Positions 18,453 through 28,428 are shown, counted from the first letter of the stretch. The stretch is 42,825 nucleotides of DNA from an uncultured Burkholderiales bacterium (GCA_903952885.1 CAJBHE010000189.1:1-42825), one strand, 5' to 3'. The notes: a model not told the origin generated them from the letters alone. Numbers and translations: made by a program.

Positions 18453-19208
18453 TTATTTCTTCACGTGCAAGCCGCACTCTTTGGCGGCTTCGTCCTCCCA
18501 CCACCAGCGACCCGCGCGAAACTCCTCGCCCATGGCGATGGCGCGTGTGCAAGGCGCGCAGCCTACGCTGGGAAAGAACTGGTCGTGCAACGGGTTGTAG
18601 TCCACGTGGTTCGTAGCGATGTAGTGCCACACATCTCCCCAAGTCCACTTGGCCAAGGGGTTGAATTTGCTCAAATTCTTGGTGGCTACTTCGCTGTCAT
18701 CTTGCAAAGGCACATGTGCACGAGCGGTGGATTGTTCTTGGCGTAAGCCGGTGATCCAAGCGCGTTGACCCTGAAGGGCTCGGGCGAGGGGTTCCATCTT
18801 GCGAATGCCGCAACATGCTTTGCGCAACTCAAGGCTTTTGTACATCGCGTCTTGGCCTTCAGTGCGTACAAACTGGATGACCGCTTCATGCACAGGGCGA
18901 TAGACGTGGATGGGCGCGCGTGAGGTGGCCTCGGTGCGTTCTAGCAAAGCTAAAGTTTCGGTGTGCAGAGCGCCAGTTTCTAGCACGAACACAGGGATGT
19001 CGAGCTTCAAGCTGTTGATGAGGTGGGTGATCACCACGTCTTCCGCGCCGAGGCTGGAGGCTTGTGTGACGGGCAACAACTCAGCCGCTGCGCGTTGCAG
19101 CAAATCTTGGGTTTCAGCCAATTTGGCGGCGAAGTCGTCGCTGGCGCGTGCATTCAGCGTGTTAGCTTTGGACGCTTTGCCGGCTGAGAGAAAAGAGGAG
19201 GTGCTCAT
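18453..19208 (-). CDS. cysH: Adenylyl-sulfate (APS) reductase, 4Fe-4S type
   Basis: CCGIRK, SVGCAPCT, RAGRWWWE and KECGLH motifs; start set at ATG 19208. Confidence 0.93.
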   Translation of the reverse strand: MSTSSFLSAGKASKANTLNARASDDFAAKLAETQDLLQRAAAELLPVTQASSLGAEDVVITHLINSLKLDIPVFVLETGALHTETLALLERTEATSRAPIHVYRPVHEAVIQFVRTEGQDAMYKSLELRKACCGIRKMEPLARALQGQRAWITGLRQEQSTARAHVPLQDDSEVATKNLSKFNPLAKWTWGDVWHYIATNHVDYNPLHDQFFPSVGCAPCTRAIAMGEEFRAGRWWWEDEAAKECGLHVKK

Positions 19209-19215
19209 TAGAGTT

Positions 19216-19587
19216 TCACAATGCATCCGCAAAAAGTGGGGTGACGTGTACCGCATCGCCTTGGTAGAAGCGCGAGTACAAACCCAACAGCTTTTCGCCA
19301 TGTGCCGCATCTTGGTCCTCGCGCAACACCGCGCTAGAGAAACCACTGCGTTGCATTTGCAAAAGCTGGTCAATCAGCACATCGCCATGAGCGCGGATGT
19401 CACCGCTAAAGCCGCGACGGCGCAGCACAAAAGCTTGGCTGAATGCGCGACCATCCGTGAACTTTGGGAAGTTCAAGTCGATGCGTTCCAAGCCTTCTAG
19501 GTCAAGGGTTTGCACGTCCACATCGTTGGCCAAAGCGCGAGCGTTGGCGCCTTCGGAGGTGTGTTTGGTGATGATTTGCAGGCTCAT
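19216..19587 (-). CDS. DUF934 protein (sulfite reductase-associated)
   Basis: FPKFTDGRAFSQA..LRR, RA.GDVLIDQL...RSGF and FYQ motifs; lies between cysI and cysH. Confidence 0.9.
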   Translation of the reverse strand: MSLQIITKHTSEGANARALANDVDVQTLDLEGLERIDLNFPKFTDGRAFSQAFVLRRRGFSGDIRAHGDVLIDQLLQMQRSGFSSAVLREDQDAAHGEKLLGLYSRFYQGDAVHVTPLFADAL

Positions 19588-19612
19588 AGTTCTTCTCTTA
19601 TCTGGTTCGGGC

Positions 19613-21397
19613 TCAAGCAGCACGTGCCGTGGTGTTGCGTGCCGAATTGGCTGCCGCTTTGAACACATCAAAGCCCACACGGTTCAAGGTGCGTGCAAAC
19701 GTCTCATGGCCTTCGCGCTTGTCGCGGTAGGTGTCCAACACGGCTTCCACCACGTCTACCACTTCGGCAGCGGCAAATGAGGGGCCGACCACTTTGCCGG
19801 CTTTGGAAGGGCCGCTCAAGAACGAGCCATCCGAGCCGCCAAGCGTCACTTGGTACCACTCTTGACCGTCCTTATCCACGCCTAAGATGCCAATGTGGCC
19901 GCTGTGGTGGTGGCCGCACGAGTTGATGCAGCCGCTGATGTGCAGGTCGATCTCGCCCAAGTCAAACAACTCGTCGAGGTCTTGGTAACGCTCGGTGATG
20001 GCAGCCGCGATCGGCAACGAACGGGCGTTGGCCAACGCGCAGTAGTCGCCGCCGGGGCAGGCAATCATGTCGGTCAACAGGTGCACGTTGGCGCGGGCAA
20101 AGCCTGCGGCTTTGGCATCTTGGTACAACTCGGCCAGTTGGTCGATGCGCACCCAAGGCAGCACCAAGTTTTGGTCGTGGTTCACACGCACTTCGCTGGA
20201 GCTGTATTTTTCGGCCAAGTCTGCGGCTATCGCCAGTTGGTCGGCTGTGGCGTCGCCTGGGGCTTGACCCAAACGTTTGAACGACAGGGTGACCACGCGC
20301 AGGCCGGGGTTTTGGTGACTGGTCACGTTTTGTTGCAACCAACGGGTGAATTCTTTGTCTGCTTTGGCTTGGGCCAACAAAGCTTGTTCGGCTTTTTCTT
20401 GGGCTTCGTCTGACACCACATCCACGGGCGGCAGCACAAAGCAGGCGCTCACGCGGTCCAGTTCGACTTGCGGGATGGTGTGGTGTGCGCCGCTTTCTAA
20501 GATGCGGTCAAACTCTTCGTTGACTTCGTCAAAGTAGCGTTGGCCTTCGGCCTTCACCAAAATCTTGATGCGCGCTTTGTAGATGTTGTCGCGACGGCCC
20601 CAGCTGTTGTACACGCGCACCACGGCTTCGAGGTAATTGATGATTTGGTTCCAAGGCAAGAACTCACGAATGACCGTGCCGATGATGGGCGTGCGACCCA
20701 TGCCGCCACCTACGTAAATTTTGAAGCCCACATTGCCTTCGTCATCACGCAACAAGCGCAGACCAATGTCGTGCCACTCAATCGCAGCGCGGTCTTCGGT
20801 CGCACCTGTGATGGCGATTTTGAATTTGCGGGGCAGGTAGGCGAACTCGGGGTGCAAGGTGCTCCACTGGCGCAGCACTTCGGCATAGGGGCGTGGATCG
20901 ACATCTTCGTCCACCGCAATGCCGGCGCGCTCGTCGCTGGTGATGTTGCGAATGCAGTTGCCGCTGGTTTGAATGCCGTGCAAGTTGACGCTTGCCAAGA
21001 GCTCCATCACGTCCGCGCTTTTGTCCAAAGGAATCCAGTTGAACTGCACGTTTTGGCGCGTGGTGAAGTGGCCATAGTTGGTGGTGAGCTTGGGCGCGTC
21101 AATGCCACCAATCTTGTCTTGTGTGCTTTGGGCGCGCTCAATCAATTCAGCTGAAGGCGTGTCGTAGTCGCGGGCGATTTGGGCCAACACGCGCAATTGG
21201 GCGCTGTTGAGTTCGCCGTAAGGCACGGCCACGCGCAGCATGGGGGCGTAGCGCTGAACATACCAGCCGTTTTGTAAACGCAATGGACGAAAGTCGTTGT
21301 CGACCAATTGGCCAGCGAGGTGACGGCTCAGTTGGTCGCGGTACTGGGCAGCGCGGCTTTTGACAAACTCTGAATCGAAGGGGGTGTATTGATACAT
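19613..21397 (-). CDS. cysI: Sulfite reductase hemoprotein (ferredoxin-dependent type)
   Basis: MYQY.., RLQNGWY.QR, HFTTRQNVQ, LPRKFKIA; siroheme/4Fe-4S ligands CPGGDYC and SGCINSC. Confidence 0.93.
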   Translation of the reverse strand: MYQYTPFDSEFVKSRAAQYRDQLSRHLAGQLVDNDFRPLRLQNGWYVQRYAPMLRVAVPYGELNSAQLRVLAQIARDYDTPSAELIERAQSTQDKIGGIDAPKLTTNYGHFTTRQNVQFNWIPLDKSADVMELLASVNLHGIQTSGNCIRNITSDERAGIAVDEDVDPRPYAEVLRQWSTLHPEFAYLPRKFKIAITGATEDRAAIEWHDIGLRLLRDDEGNVGFKIYVGGGMGRTPIIGTVIREFLPWNQIINYLEAVVRVYNSWGRRDNIYKARIKILVKAEGQRYFDEVNEEFDRILESGAHHTIPQVELDRVSACFVLPPVDVVSDEAQEKAEQALLAQAKADKEFTRWLQQNVTSHQNPGLRVVTLSFKRLGQAPGDATADQLAIAADLAEKYSSSEVRVNHDQNLVLPWVRIDQLAELYQDAKAAGFARANVHLLTDMIACPGGDYCALANARSLPIAAAITERYQDLDELFDLGEIDLHISGCINSCGHHHSGHIGILGVDKDGQEWYQVTLGGSDGSFLSGPSKAGKVVGPSFAAAEVVDVVEAVLDTYRDKREGHETFARTLNRVGFDVFKAAANSARNTTARAA

Positions 21398-21667
21398 CTA
21401 AGAACTCAAATTTAAAATGAAGCGAACCCCATGGCGTGCGTTGATAGGCAAACGGGTTGAACCTACAGATGGTACGAACTTTAGTCAGTCTTTATGCCAA
21501 AACCAACGATTTCTTAGTTCTACATATATGCGGATAAAGAATAAGAAGATGTCATAGGTGACAAGGCGTCAGCAAACCGCAGGTCGAGGTGGGCTAAAGT
21601 GACGTAGATAATATTGGCGAGACCCGTATTTTTTTTACCTTATCCAAACAAAGACTGAGACCGAGCA

Positions 21668-23899
21668 ATGGCTGCTGAAAATTCCAAAATTGTTTACACC
21701 CTGACTGACGAAGCGCCCTTTTTGGCGACTGCCTCGTTTTTGCCCATCATCCGTACGTTTGCCGCACCTGCTGGCATTGACGTGGTGTCCAGTGACATCT
21801 CGGTGGCGGCCCGTATCTTGGGCGAATTTTCGGATCTGTTGCCCCCTGAGCAGCGCACGACCAACAATTTGGCCGAGCTGGGCAAGCTCACTCTCAAGGC
21901 CGAGGCCAATATCATCAAGCTCCCCAACATCAGCGCGTCGGTGGGTCAACTGGTGCTGGCGATCAAGGAACTGCAGTCCAAAGGCTATGCGCTGCCTGAC
22001 TACCCAGAAAACGCCAAGACCGACGAGGAAAAGGCCTTGAAGGCCCGCTACAACAAGTGCACTGGCTCAGCCGTGAATCCCGTGCTGCGCGAAGGCAACT
22101 CGGACCGCCGCGCACCACGCGCTGTGAAAGAGTTCGCGCGCAAGAATCCACACAGCATGGCTGAATGGAGCCAGGCCTCGCGTTCACACGTCTCGCACAT
22201 GCATGCGGGCGATTTCTACCACGGTGAAAAGTCCATGACCATGGACCGCCCTCGCGAAGTGAAGATGGAGCTCATCACCAAGAGCGGCAAAACGATCGTC
22301 CTGAAACCCAAAGTCGCCTTGCTCGATCGTGAAGTGGTGGACAGCATGTTCATGAGCAAGAAAGCCTTGCTCGAGTTCTACGAAAAAGAAATTGAGGACG
22401 CGTATCAAACCGGTGTGATGTTCTCGCTGCACGTCAAAGCCACCATGATGAAGGTGTCCCACCCCATCGTGTTCGGCCACTGCGTCAAGATTTTTTACAA
22501 AGACGCGTTTGCCAAGCACGCCAAGTTGTTTGACGAATTGGGTGTGAACGTGAACAACGGCATGGCCGATCTGTACAACAAGATCGCTGCTCTGCCACAG
22601 TCCAAGCAAGACGAAATCAACCGTGACCTGCACGCTTGCCACGAAGGCCGCCCAGAGCTGGCGATGGTCGACTCGGCCAAAGGCATCACCAATTTTCACT
22701 CACCCAACGACGTGATCGTGGACGCGTCCATGCCCGCCATGATCCGTAACGGCGGCAAGATGTGGGGTGCCGATGGCCGCTTGAAAGATGTCAAGGCCGT
22801 GATGCCCGAGTCCACCTTTGCTCGCATTTACCAAGAGATCATCAACTTTTGTAAGTGGCATGGTGCGTTCGATCCCAAGACCATGGGCACGGTGCCCAAC
22901 GTCGGTCTGATGGCCCAGCAAGCTGAAGAATACGGCTCGCACGACAAGACCTTCGAGATCTCCGAAGACGGCGTGGCCAACATCACCGATATCAACACCG
23001 GCGAAGTGTTGATGAGCGAAAACGTGGAAGCCGGTGACATCTGGCGCATGTGCCAGTGCAAGGACGCTGCGATCCGCGATTGGGTCAAGCTGGCCGTCAC
23101 GCGTGCCCGCAACTCCGGCATGCCTGTGGTGTTCTGGCTTGACCAGTACCGTCCGCATGAAGCCCAGCTAATCACCAAAGTGAAGATGTACCTGCACGAG
23201 CACAACACGGCGGGTCTGGAAATTCAGATCATGAGCCAAGTGCGTGCCATGCGCTATACCCTGGAGCGCGTCGTGCGCGGCCTGGACACCATCAGCGCCA
23301 CCGGCAACATCTTGCGCGACTACCTGACTGACTTGTTCCCCATCATGGAGCTGGGGACCTCGGCCAAGATGCTGTCCATCGTGCCTTTGATGGCGGGCGG
23401 TGGCATGTACGAAACTGGTGCAGGCGGCTCCGCGCCCAAGCATGTTCAGCAGTTGGTGGAAGAAAACCACCTGCGTTGGGATTCGCTGGGCGAGTTTTTG
23501 GCACTGGCCGTGTCTTTTGAAGACTTGGGTCTGAAGACGGGTAATACCAAGGCCACCGTGTTGTCCAAAACCTTGGATGCCGCAACCGGTAAATTGTTGG
23601 ACACCAACAAAAATCCATCGCCCAAAACAGGTCAACTCGACAACCGTGGTAGCCAGTTCTACTTGGCCATGTATTGGGCCCAAGAGTTGGCCGCGCAAAC
23701 GGACGACAAAGACTTGGCCGCCAAGTTCGCGCCTTTGGCAAAGAACCTGACCGACAACGAGAAGAAAATCGTCGCCGAGCTCAATGCGGTGCAAGGCAAG
23801 CCTGTTGACATTGGTGGTTACTACATGCCCGATTTGAAGAAGCTTGAAGCCGTGATGCGTCCTAGCGCCACCTTCAACGCTGCTTTGGCTAGCGTTTAA
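21668..23899 (+). CDS. icd: Monomeric NADP-dependent isocitrate dehydrogenase
   Basis: [36 protein letters not shown] and [12 protein letters not shown] motifs; 743 aa. Confidence 0.96.
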   Translation: MAAENSKIVYTLTDEAPFLATASFLPIIRTFAAPAGIDVVSSDISVAARILGEFSDLLPPEQRTTNNLAELGKLTLKAEANIIKLPNISASVGQLVLAIKELQSKGYALPDYPENAKTDEEKALKARYNKCTGSAVNPVLREGNSDRRAPRAVKEFARKNPHSMAEWSQASRSHVSHMHAGDFYHGEKSMTMDRPREVKMELITKSGKTIVLKPKVALLDREVVDSMFMSKKALLEFYEKEIEDAYQTGVMFSLHVKATMMKVSHPIVFGHCVKIFYKDAFAKHAKLFDELGVNVNNGMADLYNKIAALPQSKQDEINRDLHACHEGRPELAMVDSAKGITNFHSPNDVIVDASMPAMIRNGGKMWGADGRLKDVKAVMPESTFARIYQEIINFCKWHGAFDPKTMGTVPNVGLMAQQAEEYGSHDKTFEISEDGVANITDINTGEVLMSENVEAGDIWRMCQCKDAAIRDWVKLAVTRARNSGMPVVFWLDQYRPHEAQLITKVKMYLHEHNTAGLEIQIMSQVRAMRYTLERVVRGLDTISATGNILRDYLTDLFPIMELGTSAKMLSIVPLMAGGGMYETGAGGSAPKHVQQLVEENHLRWDSLGEFLALAVSFEDLGLKTGNTKATVLSKTLDAATGKLLDTNKNPSPKTGQLDNRGSQFYLAMYWAQELAAQTDDKDLAAKFAPLAKNLTDNEKKIVAELNAVQGKPVDIGGYYMPDLKKLEAVMRPSATFNAALASV

Positions 23900-23923
23900 G
23901 TTTTCTAGTCGCTTTGCGACTTC

Positions 23924-23958
23924 AAGCCCTCCAAGCCGTCAAGCTTGGGGGGCTTTTT
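23924..23958 (+). terminator. Intrinsic terminator after icd
   Basis: AAGCCCTCCAAGC-cgtcaa-GCTTGGGGGGCTT followed by a T run. Confidence 0.8.
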
Positions 23959-23971
23959 GCTAAGCGAAAAG

Positions 23972-25516
23972 TTAGACGTGAAGCTGTGTGCGATGCGTTT
24001 GTGCCTGTGTGGCAATGGCCTCGCGTTGTTCAGCTGTGAGGCGGTTGAGGTTTTTCAGCTGCATCAACATGCGCGGGTTTTTGGCCAGCATGTCGGCGTG
24101 GCGGCCTAGGTAATCCCAATACAAGGTGGTGAAGGGACAGGCTGTGTCGCCTGTGGATTCGGCGGGGTTGAAGCGGCAGCCTTTGCAGTGGTTGCTCATG
24201 CGGTCTATGTATTTGCCACTGGCCACATAGGGCTTGCTGGCCATTAGGCCGCCGTCGGCAAACTGGCTCATGCCCAGGGTGTTAGGCAACTCGACCCATT
24301 CCACTGCATCTACGTACACGCCGAGGTACCACTGGTGTACTTGTTTCGGCTCCACGCCTAGCAGCAAGGCGTAAAGGCCGGTCACCATCAGGCGTTGAAT
24401 ATGGTGGGCATAGCCGTGTTGTAGCGTTTGTGTGATGGCATCTCGCAAGCAGGCCATGTCGGTGTTGCCCGTCCAATAAAACTCTGGCAATGGTTCGTGG
24501 GCTTGTTGGGCGTTGCCTTCGGCGTAGTCGGGCATGTGGGTCCAGTAAATGCCGCGCACGTATTCACGCCAGCCCAAAATTTGCCGCACAAAACCTTCCA
24601 CCGCTTCCAGAGGTGCATGGCCGTTGTGAAACGCGGCCTCTGCCGCACTTACCACTTCGCGTGGGTTGAGCAGCTTCAGGTTCAACGCGCTCGACAGGTG
24701 GGAGTGGTAGAGCCAGACTTCGCCTTCCCACATCGCGTCTTGGTACAGCCCGTAGCTGGGCAGTCGGTGGGTGATGAATTCCTCCAGCGCGACCAAGGCT
24801 TGTGCGCGTGTGACGGGCCAGCTAAATTGGGCAATCGAGCCCGGGTGGTGCGCTAATGTTTGGTTGACCATGTCCATCACAGCTTGGGTGATGGTGTCGG
24901 GTGTTACGCGGGTTGGCGCGGGCAGCAGCCCTGGGCCTTGTTTGCCAAAGCTGCCTCGGTTGTCGGCATCAAAGTTCCATTGGCCGCCGATGGGTTTTTT
25001 GCCTTCCATCAGGATGCCGTTTTTCTGGCGCAACTCGCGGTAGAAATATTCAAGGCGCAGCTGCTTGCGTCCCTCGGCATGGGCAGTAAATTCGCGCACG
25101 GTGCTGAAGAAATGCGTGTCGTCTTTGATCTCCAGCGGTAAGTCGTGTTGTTGGGCCACAGCGCGTAGGCTTTGCAAAACACGCCAGTCGCCGGGGGCGG
25201 TCATCACCAGTTGTTTGGGCTTGACCTGGGCGATGGCTTTGCTGAGTTCGCCGGCCAGCGTGCCCGTGTTGTGTGAGTCATCGAGCTGGCTGTAAATGAG
25301 CGGCCAGCCGCGTTCTTGCAGGTGCGCGGCGAAGTGACGCATGGCACTGAAGAAAACGGTGGTCCGTTGCTTAGACGAGGGGATGTGCGTGGATTCTTCC
25401 ATCACCTCGGCCATCCACAGTGTGTCGTGCGCAGGGTCGAAGTCGCTCAGGGCGGAGGCTTCTTCGTCGAGTTGGTCACCCAAGATGAGGATGAGGCGTT
25501 GGCTGTGTGTGGTCAT
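23972..25516 (-). CDS. FeS-BCP cryptochrome/(6-4) photolyase (PhrB/CryB type)
   Basis: LILGDQL, GGQWNFD..NR, YQDAM, RQILGWREY, YAHHIQRLM and KPYVASG motifs; four Fe-S cysteines (MAC, HCKGC, ACPF). Confidence 0.93.
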   Translation of the reverse strand: MTTHSQRLILILGDQLDEEASALSDFDPAHDTLWMAEVMEESTHIPSSKQRTTVFFSAMRHFAAHLQERGWPLIYSQLDDSHNTGTLAGELSKAIAQVKPKQLVMTAPGDWRVLQSLRAVAQQHDLPLEIKDDTHFFSTVREFTAHAEGRKQLRLEYFYRELRQKNGILMEGKKPIGGQWNFDADNRGSFGKQGPGLLPAPTRVTPDTITQAVMDMVNQTLAHHPGSIAQFSWPVTRAQALVALEEFITHRLPSYGLYQDAMWEGEVWLYHSHLSSALNLKLLNPREVVSAAEAAFHNGHAPLEAVEGFVRQILGWREYVRGIYWTHMPDYAEGNAQQAHEPLPEFYWTGNTDMACLRDAITQTLQHGYAHHIQRLMVTGLYALLLGVEPKQVHQWYLGVYVDAVEWVELPNTLGMSQFADGGLMASKPYVASGKYIDRMSNHCKGCRFNPAESTGDTACPFTTLYWDYLGRHADMLAKNPRMLMQLKNLNRLTAEQREAIATQAQTHRTQLHV

Positions 25517-25527
25517 GTGGAGCGCTT

Positions 25528-27141
25528 TTAAAAATCGAAACCAAGTTGCGCTTTGGCAGCTTGGGTGTTGTCGGCGGAGGCACGTGTCGCTTTGCGTGTA
25601 GGTGTGTTGCGAGCGCCTGTCCGTGTGCCCCAGTTTTTGCGCGACGCATGTTTGTCAACCACGGCTTTCTTGGCGGCTTTCACTTCGTCGGTTTGGCGTC
25701 GGCTGTGCAGCAACTGTTTGGCTTCGCGTGTGGCTTGGGCCAAGTCGACCAAGGGTTGCGCAATGCGAGCTTCTCCCTCTGCACTTGCATCAGTGTCACC
25801 ATTCGTGCCAACAAACACGCCAAGGTGCGCTTGCATGGTGTGCGGCATGAGCCAAGGTTCAAACAGCCAAGTGTCGGGCACTTGCCGTAACTCAGGCAGC
25901 CACTGCCGTACAAAGCGGCCATGAGGGTCATGGTCTTGGGCTTGCTTGATGGGGTTGTACACACGCGTGGTGTTGATGCCCGTGGTGCCTGATTGCATTT
26001 GCAGTTGGCTCCAGTGGATGCCCGGTTCATAGTCTAAAAACTGCGTGGCCAGCCACTCGCCCACGGGCCGCCAGTGCAGCCACAGCGGGTAGGCTGCCAC
26101 CGACACCAGCATGGCGCGCATGCGAAAGTTGAGCCAGCCTGTTTCGCGCAACATGGTCACGCACGCATCGACCATGGGCCAGCCGGTGCGGGCCGCTTTG
26201 AGGGCTTCAAAGTGTGCTTCGTTGAAATCGTGTTCACGCAAACCGTCATAACCACGGTGCATGTTTTGCCACTCGATGGCGGGTTCGCTTTCCAACTTTT
26301 GAATGAAGTGGCAGTGCCAATACAAACGGCTGATGAAGCCCGTTAATCCTGCACGGTGGCGGCTGGCGCTAGGGGGAAGCAGCGCGATGTGTGCCCGTGT
26401 GTGTTGCACTACTTCGCGCATGCTGATGCAACCCCATGCTAAGTAGGCCGATAAACGCGAGCACGCATCGGGAGCGAATAGCGGCGACGAAATGCCGCCG
26501 CGATAGCCCAAGCTGCGCGCATGTAAAAAACTGTGCAAAGTGGCCAGTGCCAAGGGGCGGCCACCACGTTGGCGTAAAGGCGGGTTGTGTTGCAAATGCG
26601 AGGGGGCTTGCATCTGTGATGGCGTGTACCAAGAACCCCTCAATGTGTTGGGCTGCCAAAACTGCAATGCGCCCACATCCTGCACAGGCTCAGCCATTTG
26701 CCGCTCCCAAGCGGGTTGCCACAGGTTGCGGTTTTTCAGTCTGCGCACCACACCAAATTGCGGGTACTCGTGCCACGCCACTTTGTGCGCTTGACACCAA
26801 GCACCTACCCTCAGATCACGCGCGTAAGTAAAGCCATTGCCAGTTTCTTGGTGTGAATGCAATTGGCTAAAGGGCGCCTCTTGCCAAATGCGCTCCAACA
26901 CGTCGGGCAGCGCACCCGTGTGAACTTCTACGCAGCCTCCCTGCAAATGCAGTTCAGCATCCAGCGCTTGCAGCGATTCACGCACAAACTCAAAGTGCTG
27001 CAAGGCAGCATCGGGCTGCAGCCACAGCTCGGGCTCCACCACATAAATGCAGCGCACAGGCCCGCGCTGTGCGGCTTGGGCCAACGCGGCGTGATCTTGC
27101 CAGCGCAGGTCTCGCTTGAACCAAACCAGCTCGTAGCTCAT
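25528..27141 (-). CDS. Photolyase/cryptochrome family protein, atypical clade
   Basis: VWFKRDLR..DH.AL, SRLSAYLAWG, TGWPMVDAC, GWLNFRMRAML and RVYNP.KQ..D.DP.G.FVR.W motifs. Confidence 0.9.
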   Translation of the reverse strand: MSYELVWFKRDLRWQDHAALAQAAQRGPVRCIYVVEPELWLQPDAALQHFEFVRESLQALDAELHLQGGCVEVHTGALPDVLERIWQEAPFSQLHSHQETGNGFTYARDLRVGAWCQAHKVAWHEYPQFGVVRRLKNRNLWQPAWERQMAEPVQDVGALQFWQPNTLRGSWYTPSQMQAPSHLQHNPPLRQRGGRPLALATLHSFLHARSLGYRGGISSPLFAPDACSRLSAYLAWGCISMREVVQHTRAHIALLPPSASRHRAGLTGFISRLYWHCHFIQKLESEPAIEWQNMHRGYDGLREHDFNEAHFEALKAARTGWPMVDACVTMLRETGWLNFRMRAMLVSVAAYPLWLHWRPVGEWLATQFLDYEPGIHWSQLQMQSGTTGINTTRVYNPIKQAQDHDPHGRFVRQWLPELRQVPDTWLFEPWLMPHTMQAHLGVFVGTNGDTDASAEGEARIAQPLVDLAQATREAKQLLHSRRQTDEVKAAKKAVVDKHASRKNWGTRTGARNTPTRKATRASADNTQAAKAQLGFDF

Positions 27142-27305
27142 GGGGGCGTGGGCGTTTTGTTTTTACGGCAAGCATCAGAGCAGTACAGCACTTGCTCCCA
27201 ATTTTTAGCCCAAGCCTTGCGCCACGTCATGTCGCGCCCGCAGGTTTTGCAGGGCTTGCTGGGCAGGCTTTGCTTGTTACCTTTGAAACTTTGTTTCTGC
27301 GTCAC
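27138..27305 (-). CDS. DUF2256 small Cys-rich protein (55 aa)
   Basis: Below the ORF-track cutoff. GTG start gives MTQKQSFKGNKQSLPSKPCKTCGRDMTWRKAWAKNWEQVLYCSDACRKNKTPTPP; its stop overlaps the photolyase ATG (ATGA). Confidence 0.9.
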   Translation of the reverse strand: MTQKQSFKGNKQSLPSKPCKTCGRDMTWRKAWAKNWEQVLYCSDACRKNKTPTPP

Positions 27306-27624
27306 GGGCGGGTTCTTCCATGGGGTAGGCGTCAGCCACGTAGGCAGGGCCTTTCATCAACATCACAATCACGCAGCCAATGGCCAAGGTCAACACCAGC
27401 GTCCAGTGCAGCATGACCACGCCCAGCATCACATAAAAAAACTGCTCTACTGCGCGTGCATTTTGCGTGGCGGCATCCAACCCATCCAGCACATAGGCAC
27501 CGGCACTGGCCAGCAATGGCAAAGCGGTGCCTGCCGCCAAAATGAGGTGCAGCCTTTTCCAAATTTGCCACTCCAGGCCCGTGGGCGAGCGTTGAAAGCC
27601 GTCGAGTTTTTGGAGGTACTTCAT
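27277..27624 (-). CDS. Hypothetical 2-TM membrane protein
   Basis: Two hydrophobic segments, GLEW.IWKRL and MKGPAYVADAY motifs; ATGA-coupled to the upstream gene. Confidence 0.75.
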   Translation of the reverse strand: MKYLQKLDGFQRSPTGLEWQIWKRLHLILAAGTALPLLASAGAYVLDGLDAATQNARAVEQFFYVMLGVVMLHWTLVLTLAIGCVIVMLMKGPAYVADAYPMEEPARDAETKFQR

Positions 27625-27932
27625 GGGTGTGTCGCCGCAAACAGCGCATCAACGCTGTGGGCGAGTTTGAAGTCTTTGTCCGTCAGGCCCGACACATCGT
27701 GGGTCCAGACGCGCACTTGCAAGTGCGTGTAGCTCGACAGCACTTCGGGGTGGTGGTCTTGGTCTTTGGCCAGCTGGGCAATTTGGTTGAACCGCGCCAC
27801 CGCAGCGTCAAAGCTGGGCAGCTTCCAGCTTTTGCAAAGGCAGGGGGGCTGGTGCTGTGCGTCCGTGTCTAACGACCATCCGTTGAGGGAGGCCAGGGCG
27901 TGTTGTACGTCTGCGGGGTTGAGTTTTGGCAT
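27621..27932 (-). CDS. Pterin-4a-carbinolamine dehydratase
   Basis: DHHPE and WTHDVSGLTDKDFKLA motifs. Confidence 0.9.
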   Translation of the reverse strand: MPKLNPADVQHALASLNGWSLDTDAQHQPPCLCKSWKLPSFDAAVARFNQIAQLAKDQDHHPEVLSSYTHLQVRVWTHDVSGLTDKDFKLAHSVDALFAATHP

Positions 27933-27959
27933 GGTGTGGAAAATCGAAAAGTAAGTTAA

Positions 27960-27975
27960 CTGTTTATTTGTACAG
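27960..27975. promoter_or_regulatory. LexA SOS box
   Basis: CTGT-TTATTTGT-ACAG (CTGT-N8-ACAG) ending 12 nt upstream of umuD. Confidence 0.9.
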
Positions 27976-27987
27976 TATTATAGGCAG

Positions 27988-28428
27988 ATGTCACATTTAA
28001 AAGAACTCTCTCATCCTATTTTGCCCCTAGATGTGGGCAGCTTGTGGCTGGATGTGTGCGGCTGGTTGGTGCCTGCGGGGTTTCCGTCACCAGCGGCTGA
28101 CCACACCGAGGAACGCATCGATTTGAACCAACATTTGATCCGCAACAAAGCGGCTACCTATGTGTTTCGTGTCAAGGGCGATTCGATGACGGGGGTGGGC
28201 ATTTACGAGGGCGATGCCCTGTTGGTCGACCGCAGCATTGACCCCAAGCACAACCACATTGTGGTGGCTCAGCTCAACAACGAGTTCACGGTCAAGCGTT
28301 TACACCGACATGCAGGCGTGGTGCAGCTGATGGCCGAAAACCCAAGCTATGAACCCCGACGCATCAAAGAAGAAGACGACTTCGTGGTGTGGGGCGTGGT
28401 GACCCACAACATCCACAAACTGTGCTGA
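27988..28428 (+). CDS. umuD: DNA polymerase V subunit UmuD
   Basis: PAGFPSPA cleavage site, VKGDSM (catalytic Ser) and FTVKRL (catalytic Lys). Confidence 0.94.
   Translation: MSHLKELSHPILPLDVGSLWLDVCGWLVPAGFPSPAADHTEERIDLNQHLIRNKAATYVFRVKGDSMTGVGIYEGDALLVDRSIDPKHNHIVVAQLNNEFTVKRLHRHAGVVQLMAENPSYEPRRIKEEDDFVVWGVVTHNIHKLC

Noticed and set aside
19209-19373. Extended cysH N-terminus (and similar extensions of FNR, DUF934, DUF3833 and cho)
   Set aside because: The extensions overlap neighbouring genes; downstream starts give compact, coupled operons
21398-21667. CysB operator upstream of cysI
   Set aside because: An AT-rich stretch near 21500-21545 is plausible, but no motif could be defined with confidence
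26857-27732. 291-aa plus-strand ORF
   Set aside because: Antisense to four recognisable minus-strand genes and has no motifs
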